From Owenia fusiformis (lineage: Eukaryota): DNA of 64,000 nt. The stretch spans positions 30,566,001-30,630,000 of the forward strand of contig CAIIXF020000001.1 of NCBI GenBank assembly GCA_903813345.2, given 5' to 3'. The position numbers and the translations under genes are program-made. Below, in pieces: positions 49,480-64,000 of this stretch. How positions within the stretch are numbered: position 1 is the first letter of the stretch; every line of letters starts with the position of its first letter. Below the pieces are notes generated by a model, which was given only the letters and a program-made list of their open reading frames with translations, was not told the origin of the DNA and did no database searches.

Positions 49480-52400
49480 ATGGCGGTGTTGAGTTTGCTC
49501 AGGGCTGCTCGACCTTCGCTACTTAAATGCCTCCAACCCCATACTAAGGCCCAACCTAGCACCTTATTTAGAAGCCAGAATAATGCTTTAGGTATGTTAC
49601 ATGGTTTTATTATCAAACAGACAAATGATTTCTAGCTGTGTCAAAAAATTTATATTTTTTTTATAAAAATTCTTCGGTTCAACATGATCACAAGGAGGAT
49701 TGGCTCCCAGAATGCAACACCGATATTCTGCAAAACAATCACCTAGCGATAGCTTTGTTGGAGAGTATCGGGTCATTCTCCATGCAGTCGTACAAATTAT
49801 ACACGAATAGCAAATGACGCATGCGTGGAGATTAAAGAATATCGAGTTGGAACCCTGGCTTCCAATCCTCCTTGACATGATCATGAACATGTCAAGTCAA
49901 TGACATATTGTATATTGAATATCTTAGGCAAGTTTAATTCTGACTTGATGAACTTGAACTGGCAACACCTCGCTCTACAAACTCTAATCATCTGGTAAAC
50001 TTCAACTTTAGTTGACACATGTACTGGTACTGGTCTGATAGGGTTTCATTGAAATTTGCATTTTAAAGTGGGTATAAAGACTGCCGAGTCGTATCCATTT
50101 ATCCTGGGCCTATCGTAAAATGAAAGCTTTGAATATGTTATAGCCTTTAAAAATGTATCTATTTTCCATGTATGCAACTAAGTTTTGTGCACATACCTTA
50201 TATCGATCGATAATGGCAAAAGAAAATCCTCGAATTCTTCATCTGCTTCTTCTCCTTCGTCAACGCCATTTTTTATTAAACCGGAAGTTTGTTCTCTAAC
50301 GTCCGCGCAATGTTTTTTCACTTTTATTTCAGATTACGTTTTGGATTCAACTTTTAATGCTTTCTCATAATCGTCAAGTGATTTCTATAAGAAACATTTT
50401 CTTAAAAAGACTCACACTATCAGAGATTCTATCGATTTGAGCAGCAAGAAAAATTAGTTTCGATTTCACCCGCTAGGTGTTTCGACGTCGACTTGGAAAA
50501 AATTTGAAAAATCTATGAGTGGGACTCCTTGTATAGAATTGCAGATTCTAAACGATTTGCCAGTTCTACTGGTTGATGAATATTGCCATATGCATACATT
50601 TTTATAAAATAGGAACAAGGAAGAAGTTGTTAGACAAAACTTCGCCCCGATAGCTCAGAAAAGGTAACATTTTTCAATTTTTTTCTCCACAGCCCATATA
50701 GCCGCTTTAACTTCTAGAAAGTACATGTAGGTATTCCTAATTATCAGCTAACTCTTATATTTCAAATTTTAGCAACACAGTCAGGCCATGAAACAAGTAG
50801 TAGTCATAAAGTAGGGTCAGAATTGCAAAATTGTGTATCTTTGCTATTTTATCGTTCATCAAAATTGAAATTGAACAATTAAAATCATTTTTTATTTGCT
50901 GGGGAAGTTGAGGAATTCGTCTAAAACTATAACTCGGAAAGCAATGGAGCGATTTTGTTCATATGTTTTATTTGATATGTGAATAGTCATAAGCATAGCA
51001 CACTGTCTTATGATTACCTTCTTCTAAGGCCACTGTATTGTGGCCTTCCTGGAGAGATAATTTCCTGCATGAACGATTGGTCATGTCGTAATCATAAAAT
51101 TTGAAATCATATGTCCGCCATTTTTCCACATCACAATTTGAATTGCGAGTTTTGGTCTTATTACCTCACCAAAAATTCCGAAACACACATGAAGTGATCA
51201 GTGTATTAGTTCACATCTTCTGGATCGCTAACTTAGAATTTACAGCCAGTTACTAATGTCAGATGTTAACGACATTTCGTCCAGTTTTCGAACATCGCCA
51301 TTTTTCTTGGAGCCATTTTGTTTTAATTTTAGACGAAATCCTGACGAAATCATGTCATATCTCATCAAGGAGTTGAGTCTAGCGGTTCCGATTTAATTTA
51401 TTATTTATTTATCTGGCGATTTTTAAAATATTCAATAAATTTATGACACTTCGACCAGCTTTTTTCAAATGGAGTTCACAGTATTCCAGATGAAATCACC
51501 TCTAGCCAAGTATTGGCTAGAGACTCGAGTAATCTTATGATATTTTGGTTAGTTATAAAATGGCCGACATTTACATGTGTGCGATTTTGTTTTATATGTG
51601 CCTACTTAAAAGCATATTACACTTTCTGATAACAATTTGGGTAGTGAGCAACCATTTTGAAAATGGTGGCCTTTCTTATGTGACTGTGTTATTTTATGAT
51701 TTTTGCTATACATTTCGTTTTGCTGCGTTTTGTTGTTGCTGTTATCTAGTTCAATTTTGCAGTTTTGGACCTTAACTGTGCGATAATACTGTTTGTCACA
51801 TCTCAAACTAGAATGATTGACTGTAATTGGTCAGATCACATCACATGACCATTTGATAATGCGGTTTAACACATTGAAAGTTCTAGATGTCCCATGTTAT
51901 ATTATTTAGGTGCCCGGATGAGCTATGAGATATTTTATAGATTATGCATTCGTTTTAGTTATCTTGGCGCCCGTATAAAAATCGTTCAAATGAATATGCG
52001 GAATTTGATACGATCATTTGTGATGTCACACATGTATCACCCCAGTAACAACCAAACAAACAAATGACTAGACCTCGATGAGTTCATGACGTCATAGAGA
52101 TGTTTCTTTTGCAGCAAATATTTCTGGTTTCTCTTCGGCTATTTGATTTAAAGTAGATTTGAATTGATGAACAATTTGGGCAAAATCTGATGGATCAGGA
52201 CATGATAATGAGAAGGCTTGGATAGGAGAAGGCTTTATGAACTTTGATTGAACCTCTCTATGAGGAGTCTGCTGTATTGTCTTGTTGAATAGGATAGAAA
52301 AAGCCCCACTACTGTTCAGAATTAAAAATTGTTTTACTATGTTTTTGTGTGATAAACTCAGTAAAAATATCACACTCGGCTCTGCCTCGTGTGCTATTTT

Positions 52401-55147
52401 ATCCCTCGAGGTGATATTTGATATATCACACTCTCCATCATGTAATAATGCTGTAATATGCAGTTACATGTATGAATAAAAATACAAACAATACATACAA
52501 GTGTCATGAGGGGGCTTATTACAAGTGTCATTAGGGGGGTTATTGCTACCTGTATATTTGTAAAAGCATTAGATATGTGTTTTCCAGTACCAGTACGACA
52601 TGGACATGGACCATCAAAGTTACAGATTAAACCTAGTAAGCAGGATTGGACAGTCTTCAAAGATCAGTTGGTAAGTATTCATCCAAAAAGGCTATTCAAT
52701 AAGTTTAAAGACTCATAAAGATGGTGGTTCACTAATTGTTACGAATGTTTTGTTTTGGACTCGTGGTATTGTAGAGTGGCTGTGCCTCTATACACACATG
52801 TTTTTATCCATCCATGTGACACTGGTGATCTTAACTTAAAGAGATTCAAAAGAGAATATACTAGTATAGTTTGTTAAAATTATGAAACATGAACCAATAC
52901 CTATTGTCCTATTATATACCATACAACATCAGATTCAAAGAAATAATCAGAGGCTGTTTTATCATTCTGAATATATTGAATAAAGTTTGTTAGAGATAAA
53001 GGGGAGAGGAATGTTTTAAAAAATTATTTCTCTGCCATGCCCTTCTATTATAATGCCATGTCATTACAATGCCATTCTATTATAATGTCATGCCATTATA
53101 ATGCCATGCCATTACAATTCCATTCTATTATAATGCCATGCCATTACAATGCCATTCTATTATAATGCCATGCCATTACAATGCCATTCTATTATAATGC
53201 CATGCCATTACAATGCCATTCTATTATAATGCCATGCCATTACAATTCCATTCTATTATAATGCCATGCCATTACAATGCCATTCTATTATAATAACCTG
53301 CCTTGCTGCCTCTTTCCTCTTTGAACTTTCTATTTCTAATGATTGTTACTTACCACTTTTTCTTATTTCAGCATTACTATATCATGCTTGGTGCCATCCC
53401 ACTAGGTTTACTGATAACATACGTCAATATATTCATAGGTGAGTTTTGTTTAGTTTTAGTCTTAAGTACATAATAACACACATAATTACACATCATTCAA
53501 CACTATGGATAGTTCATTGGTGAAAACTGAAAATATGAAAATTAGCATTTACCATCTGCTAGTTGTAGAAGGCAAATCTCAAATTTTGAAACTGAGGAAA
53601 CATTGAAAAACATACCATTATGATTTTGGAAGTATATGTAAGAACGAACATGTTGTAACAACAGGGAGGACAGCATTTTACCTGTCAAGAAGTGATGGAA
53701 ATTGTTTTTAAGCCACCTTTTTTGTGACTGCCATTTGGAGTCAGGATATCCTTCCATTTCATGGATCAATTTCTAATTTTAAGGGATGATTCTTTGTATC
53801 AAAATCTTGAACTGATTACTTTTTGGGCATTCTGGGTGAATGTTAAGGCTGCCGTTTTGGATTTTCCAACCTTATCTTGTCTGTTAAGTTTTGTCTACAC
53901 ATTTTTCAGGCAAACCATTTTAGCGGATCGATCTCAGATTTTCAGGAATTCTTTGTAAGAAAATCTCGAACTGATTAGTTTTTCAATCATTCTGTATAAA
54001 TGTAAGGTATCCAATGTATGATCACCCATTGGTGGGGACTTGTACACATTTGTGTCCTTGTATTACTATGAAAAAAGTCATGGTTATTGTCCATGGATAA
54101 TTTCAGGTCCTGCCCAGCTAAGAGACATCCCCGAGGGCTATGAACCAAAACATTGGGAGTATCATAAGGTAATGTCTGCACTCTGTCAGTCTCACATGTG
54201 CATCTTGTCACACTCTATTCATTTTACAAAGTGATTCATTTCTAAATTTTAGGAATTAGAATCTGGTTTAAAAAATCAAAAGAAATGTAGAAACATACAA
54301 AACATGCAAAAGAACTGTAGAGCCATACTACGTATATCAGGTTTTAAACTAATATGGTATTATAGTTTTGTAAATTCTTCTCATTATTTGTTTCAGCACC
54401 CCATATCAAGGTGGTTTGCACGTTATGTATATGACTCACCTGAAAAGGAATATGAAAAAGCACTTCACTTTATACACATGGATGCTGAAAAGCGAAAATA
54501 TAGGTAAACTTAGAGGCGACATCAAAATATCAATGTCTGATAAGAAACTAAATAAATTTAGTTTCCTATTCAACATATACATAAGTCGCTTCCTGTCCCA
54601 TTCAAATATTTACAGTAGAACATGAAACAGATCAAAAATTATGATTGATACAAAAATTATGATGGATATTTTAAACTCCACAACAAAAAATTACAAAACT
54701 CCAGGTTAACTTGATATTTTTACATTTGAGGTATTTGTTTTTGGGGGGAGGGTGGTCTCGGTCAAAACTAAATTTATTTAGCTTCAGAAATTGATATTTT
54801 GAAGTCGGCCCTTAACAAAATAAGAAAATATGTCGAAAAATATAATGTAACAGTTTAACACTTTTGAGTACTGTTTGTATTTGTATCCTGCATAAAATGA
54901 ATAGTGATTTTATTCCACAACATTTATTGGTGGTCACAAATTGCGAGCTAGGCTTTAGTGAAATAATATTGTTTTTGAGCTGGTTCTTAATTTATTTTTA
55001 ATTTCTAGGCTCCTTGAGAAAGAGGTACGCTACTTGATGGGTAAACGAGGAGATTCTAAGGGATGGTATTATGTGCCTATAAATGAGCGCCGCATACACA
55101 GAGCTATTGAAGATCATGATGATAACTATGCTACACTCAGTAAATAA
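49480..55147 (+). CDS. NDUFB5: NADH dehydrogenase [ubiquinone] 1 beta subcomplex subunit 5, mitochondrial, 189 aa; join(49480..49591,52588..52670,53372..53438,54107..54168,54397..54503,55009..55147)
   Basis: Arg/Leu/Ser-rich acid-free transit peptide MAVLSLLRAARPSLLK...; IKPSKQDWTVFKDQLHYYIMLGAIPLGLLITYVNIFIGPAQLRDIPEGYEPKHWEYHKHPISRWFARYVYDSPEKEYEK...LEKEVRYLMGKRGDSKGWYY matches the NDUFB5 family signature (single TM helix, IPEGY.P.HWEY.KHPISRW). Six GT-AG exons, phases 1,0,1,0,2; 570 nt; AATAAA at 55435-55440. Confidence 0.95.
53043..53293. repeat. Minisatellite, 32-bp unit (dimer of 16-mers), ~8 copies, NDUFB5 intron 2
   Basis: (ATTATAATGCCATGCC ATTACAATGCCATTCT)n, highly homogeneous; ends ~80 bp before the exon 3 acceptor. 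Confidence 0.92.
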
Positions 55148-55758
55148 TGCAGAAATTCATAGGACATTTTGTACATAGTCAATTTTATTTACGTTTGGCC
55201 AATGGACACACTGGTGTTTGCATACCATTTAGTACTGTAATGTGTTTGTGTCTAGCGGAATTGGATAGATTCAGAGAGTGGTATACATCTGGACTTATAG
55301 ATTCAAATTTTCAGTTTGATGGCACATATTTAGATAGCCTAATCCCCTACAAAGGTAGAACAATATTTGATTTGTAAAATCAAAACTAATATCCAGCAAG
55401 CTTTTAATGCCAAATCTTCATTGGATACTTTGCCAATAAATTATTGAAAAATATTAAAAATATACTGGTTGTTATGTTTGTCAGTGAATACTTCTTTTTT
55501 GGATAGAATCATAACTACATGTACTATTGAGAAGAAATATACAGATTCTCATGAATATCATTGAAATTATTGTTCACAGATATATAATGTTTACTTGACT
55601 TGCCCTTCAATCTTACCTTGTCTTAGTCCCGGTATCTGTTATCATTGTAGCTAATACCAGTGTATAACCATGACAAGTATTACGGGACTTAAAATTCTTT
55701 TGTTTGAAGTTCACAATGGATCAAAAAAGATCATTCAGTGTAAACCAGGCTCAACTCA

Positions 55759-56957
55759 TTTTTATTAGCTCACATGGTGAGCTTTTGCAATCACTCACTT
55801 GTCCGCCTGTCTGTCCGTGCGTCCGTCCATCAACAATAGTGGCACGTTTTAAAACCTCTGTCGATAGGATTCCCAAGTTATTTTTGTTCAACATCAAAAC
55901 AGAAAACTCCCTTATGACTCCTGGTTCAAAAGCTCGCCTAATTTCAAGATGGCCACCATTTTTGTCTCGATTTCTTAGCTTTACAAATAATTTCAGGTGC
56001 CCTGCATTGTAAAAATCCATGTCAATGTGAAGAGTAGTTGTATGAAATAATTTAGTTACAAATAATCAGCAAAAAATATCTGTTTTTTATTTTCAGCCAT
56101 TTTAGTTAACATTGATTTGTCCATCTGTCTTGCGAAATCCAGTTTTTGACCAACAATAGTGGCACATTTTAAAACCTCTGTCTATAGGATTCCCGTTTTA
56201 AGTAATCTTTGTTCAACATCAATACAGAAAACTCCTCTATGACTCCTGGTTCAAAAGCTCGCCTATTTTCAAGATGGCCGCCATTTTTGTCTTGCGAAAT
56301 TCACTTTTGACCCATTTCCTAGCTTTACAAATAATTTCAGGTGTCCTGCATTGTAAAAATCCATGTCAATGTGAAGAGTAGTTGTATGAAAAATTTTGTT
56401 ACAAAAAATCAGCAAAAAATTGTATCCGTTTTTTTTTATTTTTAGCCATTTTAGTAAACATTGATTTGTCCATGTCTTGCTAAATCCTCTTTTGGACCAT
56501 TTGCCTTAAAACCTCTGTTGATAGGATTCCAGTTTTAAGTTATTTTTGTTCTACATCAATACAAAAAACTCCCCTGTGACTCCTGGTTCAAAAGCTTGCC
56601 TATTTTTTCAAAATGGTCGCCATTTTTGTCTCGTGAAATTCACTTTTGGCCCATTTCTTAGCTTTACAAATAATCTCAGGTGTCCTGCATTGTAAAAAGC
56701 CATGTCTTTGTAAAGAGTAGTTGTATGAAATAATTTTGTTACAAAAAAGTCGGCAAAAAATTATATCCGTTATGACTCCTGGTTCAAAAGCTCGCCTATT
56801 TTCAAAATGGTCGCCATTTTTGTCTCATGAAATTCACTTTTGGAAAAATTGGCAAAAAATTATATATTATTTTTTTTAATTTGTTGTCATTATAGCCATC
56901 ATTCACTTTTGAGCAACACCATGTGAGAGTAGCCCAGTACCCATGGTACTATTTTTT
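55759..56957 (+). mobile_element. Helentron-associated non-autonomous element with internal ~320-350 bp tandem repeats
   Basis: 5' T-run + AGCTCAC..GTGAGCT stem; 11-bp subTIR CTCACATGGTG (55769-55779)/CACCATGTGAG (56917-56927); (GTCC)-type microsatellite ~55800-55830; three units plus a partial one (TGACTCCTGGTTCAAAAGCT at ~55915, 56240, 56577, 56773); 3' hairpin AGTACC-CAT-GGTACT and T-run. Confidence 0.85.
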
Positions 56958-59900
56958 GTAATATGGGTTCAATTGTTTACCTAACAGTTAACCCAGGCAT
57001 ATTCTTAAAGCTTTAAAATTTTGTGCCTTATTTGTTACCATGGAAACAATGTCATAAACTAATTCTTCAATTTGGAATAATTGTAATATTCAACTGATCC
57101 CTCAGTTTATGTCAAAACATATTGAGCGAGTTAGTGTTTAGGGACATTTCAAGGTTATTTTCACTGGCTATGTACAGAACATGTTGTTACAGTTGTAGAG
57201 CTCTTTATTGAACTGCATAGACTGCATGCCTTGTTGTTAATTGTAACGAAAGTCGATGTTGCCTATAACTTAATATATCCCATCATACAATGTTCAGGAG
57301 TGATATAGTAAAGATCAAACAATTCAATTTTTATGCATTAGATAACATTTTATTCTTAAATCAAGACATTTACATTCATACGTTTACACATACTATATAA
57401 TATAGATGAATCAAATTATTTTAAAACAAAAACACAAGTGAAAATACATAAAGGACGGAAAAAAGAACAGGTTCATATTATGAACATCAGCTTTTAGAAG
57501 AGTCAAAACATAAATTAAGACATCAGAACATAAAGGTATTGTTTTGTCTTGAGAGAGTTAACTGATACAGAACAATCCAGGCATCATAACTTATTGTATT
57601 GCTAAAATCCATATATGGATTTAATTCGTTGTAACATAATCAAAATCGAAATTCAGTTTTGATTTATTCTTGTCCTTCCACTACTATTCACATTTTATGA
57701 ATACCACTGGTACTGTTTATGTTTTACCTGTTTTTAAATATAACACTAACTGGCAACATATTTGGACTGATTGAATCTAGCAATATAATAAGTTACAATG
57801 TTTAGAGGCAAAAGTCATTTACAGCAAAGTCTATAGTAATATCAGAAGGAAGAGTCCACATCCTCCACACACACATAACTACCTAAACTGCTAGAAGCAT
57901 GACAGATGAAAATAATAATTAACTTTCAGAAATCACTTAATGTCAATTTGTGACACCTTAACAAGTAAATGAATTCAGTTTTCTTATAACTCCAGTCCCT
58001 CTCAATAATGACATTCATCAAATACTCATTAATACAAACTATATATTAAATTATTGTGGTTTACTCTTGATATAAAAATAATCAACTAATTCTACACAAT
58101 AGACCTCAAAAATTATCTGTCAATGAGTGGCTTGAATAATTCCCATTTACTCAGTACATGTAATTCTATTATCTAGATGACATCACAGATTCTAACTAAA
58201 CAAAAAAGATGAAGCTTGAGGTCTGATAATAAATAGTACTAAGCCATTGAGATTTCTTGTGAGGCACTGAAAAGAGCAAAAATTAAGCAGATCTAGATAT
58301 TTTTTTTAATTGGGAGTCATCAGATAAAACATTTTTGTGTCTCAACACATTTGCCAAGTGACATCATGAAAAGCAATAAGTGTTTATGCAATTCCACAAA
58401 ACCACAATTAGTTTCACCATTCAGGTAAACTTTGATAGAAACCTTGAAAATTCCATTGATCATATCTAATGAACATTAATTATGTGCAATTGCAATGAAT
58501 AATCCATAAATGATATCTATAATATTCATACAAGCCCAAGAGAGCATTCACCTTTCTTACAATACAAGAACCCCAATGCAATCATTTATAAATAAGAGTT
58601 CTGATAAATGGTACTCTTGCAAGACCTGCTTGTAAAAGACTCTTACCCTACACATATGAGAAAGAATGGTACAATTTGGGAGTGACAACTTAGACAACTC
58701 TACATGGTCTAAAATATATGACTTATATAATGAATAGCACAGGGTATTTTGTCTTTTTTCTCTACTTAACCCCCAAATTAACAGTACTGAAACGACTGGT
58801 AACCAGGGTTCACCACTAAGGTTGAAATCTTGTCCTATTTAACACATTAGTATTCAGTCCACTCGTTTTTCCTAAACCAAAACTTGTGGTCTTGAACCAA
58901 ATCATCAAATAGGTATAACACCTCAAATGTTGTAAAATACAATAATGGTCATACCCTTATACCAGTGCTAGTTCAAATATTGATCTAGCGATACCATATA
59001 AAGTATGCAAATTGTAAGTGCGCTTAATAATTGTGACTACATATTTCTGGCCCACTCCATCTGTATTCCCTTTGAGGACTCATAAACATGTTTAAACGGC
59101 CAGGTTCAAGTTTCAAAACAGTTACACTGTACAAACTTTTAAACATCCTTTACTCCATATAACCTGTACATTATAGTACACAGATAGTTCAGACCTTTCA
59201 AAACTTTAAGTGCCATTGCACCATTGTAAATTAATACCTCAATATAAATCTAGGTAGGCTTTAATATATAAATATATTTTGCTTGTACGTTGTACTGACC
59301 AGTGTGTGCAAAAAGAGAGGTTGCATGAACGAATATAATTGCAACTCAACATTATCATATTATATGATAACACTTCTGTGTCTTCTAACTCCAGAAAGGA
59401 GGTTCAAATCTTCCGATGATTTACCCCAATGGAAAATACCTGAATAAGCCTATTTGCTGCACATTCTAATAACAGTCTATAATACTCACACAAGTAAGTC
59501 AAGAAAATGGTCTCAATATTTTGCCTATTGTTGGTCAATGGTAACAATAAAATTCTAAGTAGCTTAATCAACATAGCCAGGTTTCATGAAGAAAGAAGTC
59601 TAATTTTCAGGTGAGGGGCTCTAATTTTTCAGAAGAACTCGGAATTACTCAAGATTTTGTCCATTTTGCCAAAAATGCCTAATCTGACCAAATTTATGGC
59701 AATTTTATTTAAATGGCATATTTTTCAAGAAAAGCCAATTCAAGTTTTGAATGAAATGTTGGTGTGCCAAACCCTAGAGCTCCCTCTGGATACATGTAGT
59801 TCAACCATCAATGAACCCATGATGCAGGCTATGTATCAAAGCTTGACTCAATTAATCAAACTTAAAATACACTGTCCACACACAAGCCATGCAAATTATA

Positions 59901-60241
59901 ATCCAATGGAGGTTGAAGCATTTTTTGTGTATAAGAAAAATAAACCACAATCTATTCGTGTTGCATTCATGATGACGATGATTGATTAACTGCTAGCAAC
60001 TAATGACTGTTCATCCAGATAAGTGCTAAATGCTGTTATTATCAGTCTATCAGCGTAATTCCATTGGAGGAAAAACATTGAAAGGCACGGCGATAATTTC
60101 TTAATATGTAATCATCAGATATCTCATGTTTTTACTTGCAATGCAATCACTATAGCATTTAAGTCTTTAGTTCATTGTCTTTAATGATTGCTTGTAAGTC
60201 TCATCCACATTGTTTCTCAGATGACATATAGATGACTGTTG

Positions 60242-62519
<2,278 letters not shown>

Positions 62520-64000
62520 TCAACAAATGGGTCTTATTTGGAGAAATGAGCCCAAGTCTTAAAAATGTGTCCAAATTTTCAAAAACTATGTACACATTAA
62601 TAAATGAAACTTCATTTTTTTACAGATTTGATCTGTTTTAGTATAATGAGATGTGCAGTTAAAAGTATTGAAGAACTGATATTTAATGCAGACTGGCATT
62701 GTCTTAGAGCTTGAAATAGCATTACATAAAACATCATGTCATTTATCATTATGTAATAAATTAATCATCCGATATCATCTCATTTATAAATGCTTCTAGA
62801 AGAATAATAGAGCTTTATTAAAGCAATAAATCTTTCAATATTTGCAATCATTCTTTTGGGGGCTTATAACCAATGACTTGCATTTCTCATACAGAATGTC
62901 ATGCCTTTCATATTGAAGTAAGATAAAGTAGCTCTTTCAATATTCTTGATATGGCAAAATAAAGGGTCATTCAATAAATACTAGAGAGATTTCCCTCGTA
63001 AGTGAAAGTATAACTTATGTTTATGCATTTAGCTATGCATTGTGTGCATAATCAGTTTGAAATTTTGTTTCACAAGAAAGAATACTTATACGTTGCATAG
63101 ATTACAATATTTTATCATTCAATTCTAATGTAAAATTAAGAAGTCAAATATTCTATTTTTTGTTTAGGAAGATTAGTAAAGTATCAATCTTAGTCCTAAA
63201 GCATGAAATAATTTGTGGTCACAATCTAGCACCTAACTGATCTTCTTCCCCAAATTAAGATATCCGAACAACTGTCCGTATATAAACAGACTTTTCCAGT
63301 CACCCTTTTCTTGAGACTGAATCAGTTATTCTACATATCTTACTTATTTATCTTATAATACTTCTTACATTCCATTTTTGATCTGGAAATAATTTCAGGA
63401 TATACTTAGCAGCAAACTCTGTGTATCTCTCTGATAGACTGTATAAGATGTCTGTATGGTATCTTTTATTTGAGACATGAGTAATATCAGTGTAAAGATG
63501 TTACTTTGAATATTATGCTGAAAGCTGTTTTTATTTCAACCCCTTTAACATAAAATAAATATATAAAAAATATGGGCATTATTTGGCGCACTTTGTACTA
63601 AATATATTTGAAGCAACAAGAATAAATTAATTATTGCTGGACATATATAATCATATATTCACCTTCAACTTCAGAACATTTTATCTTGATTTATCTACAA
63701 TTACATAAATGAGTGTTTGTATCAGTATCTATTGAAGGATCTACATGTCTCATTAAATCCCAAGCAATATCGTCATGTCTAATTAGGGGAAATATTATTA
63801 TGAATGCAATATGAATCCAGGTAAAGTTGTTGACAACTTTCTTAGATTGTATTGAACACTGGAACTATATAGAAATATGATCTAAATACAAACACTGTGG
63901 TGTATGCCTTGTGATTAACTAGTGCAAACCCTTAAACATATTGATTATGGATCAATTTGTATCTTATTCATCTATTCGATAGTATTTACACCCTGAAGAT

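Noticed and set aside
50040..52450. CpG-containing repeat-like segments in NDUFB5 intron 1
   Set aside because: Probably transposon remnants, but I could not define matching termini or a second copy, so no feature is called.
53043..53293. Regular ~32-bp repeats as a possible CRISPR-like array (also 5990-6620 and 30703-30866)
   Set aside because: Head-to-tail units with no unique spacers, eukaryotic intron/UTR context, no cas genes: ordinary minisatellites.
63663..63694. Minus-strand AG...GAAG|GTGAAT segment as PDE6D exon 2
   Set aside because: 32 nt with stops in all frames and no NWMNLRDA/LWQ similarity.

Overview
AT-rich, intron-containing animal (invertebrate, plausibly lophotrochozoan; not determinable more precisely) genomic DNA. 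Four spliced protein-coding genes were reconstructed by hand with GT-AG introns and consistent phases: gcm (glial cells missing TF, +, 5 coding exons, 12233-21553, 572 aa); RB1CC1/FIP200 (Atg11/17-like autophagy scaffold, -, 19 coding exons, 46620-31006, 1387 aa); NDUFB5 (complex I subunit, +, 6 exons, 49480-55147, 189 aa); and the last three exons of PDE6D (-, 62410-60242; 5' exons not found, presumably right of the window). A promoter-like motif cluster near 2.0 kb (E2F+CHR, ZNF143-like) suggests a fifth gene running off the left edge. Non-coding DNA holds decayed Tc1/mariner elements, two Helentron-type non-autonomous elements, short G-rich MITEs with 5-bp TSDs, foldbacks and minisatellites. 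Most notable: (1) a perfect 34-bp inverted copy of a conserved RB1CC1 coding segment inside an upstream intron of the same gene, at a transposon truncation point; (2) a ~1.1-kb foldback made of two transposase 3' ends just past the RB1CC1 stop codon; (3) a perfect 12-bp Hes/E(spl) palindrome at the gcm promoter; (4) a spacerless 62-bp palindrome. No prokaryote-type system (CRISPR, operon) is present.
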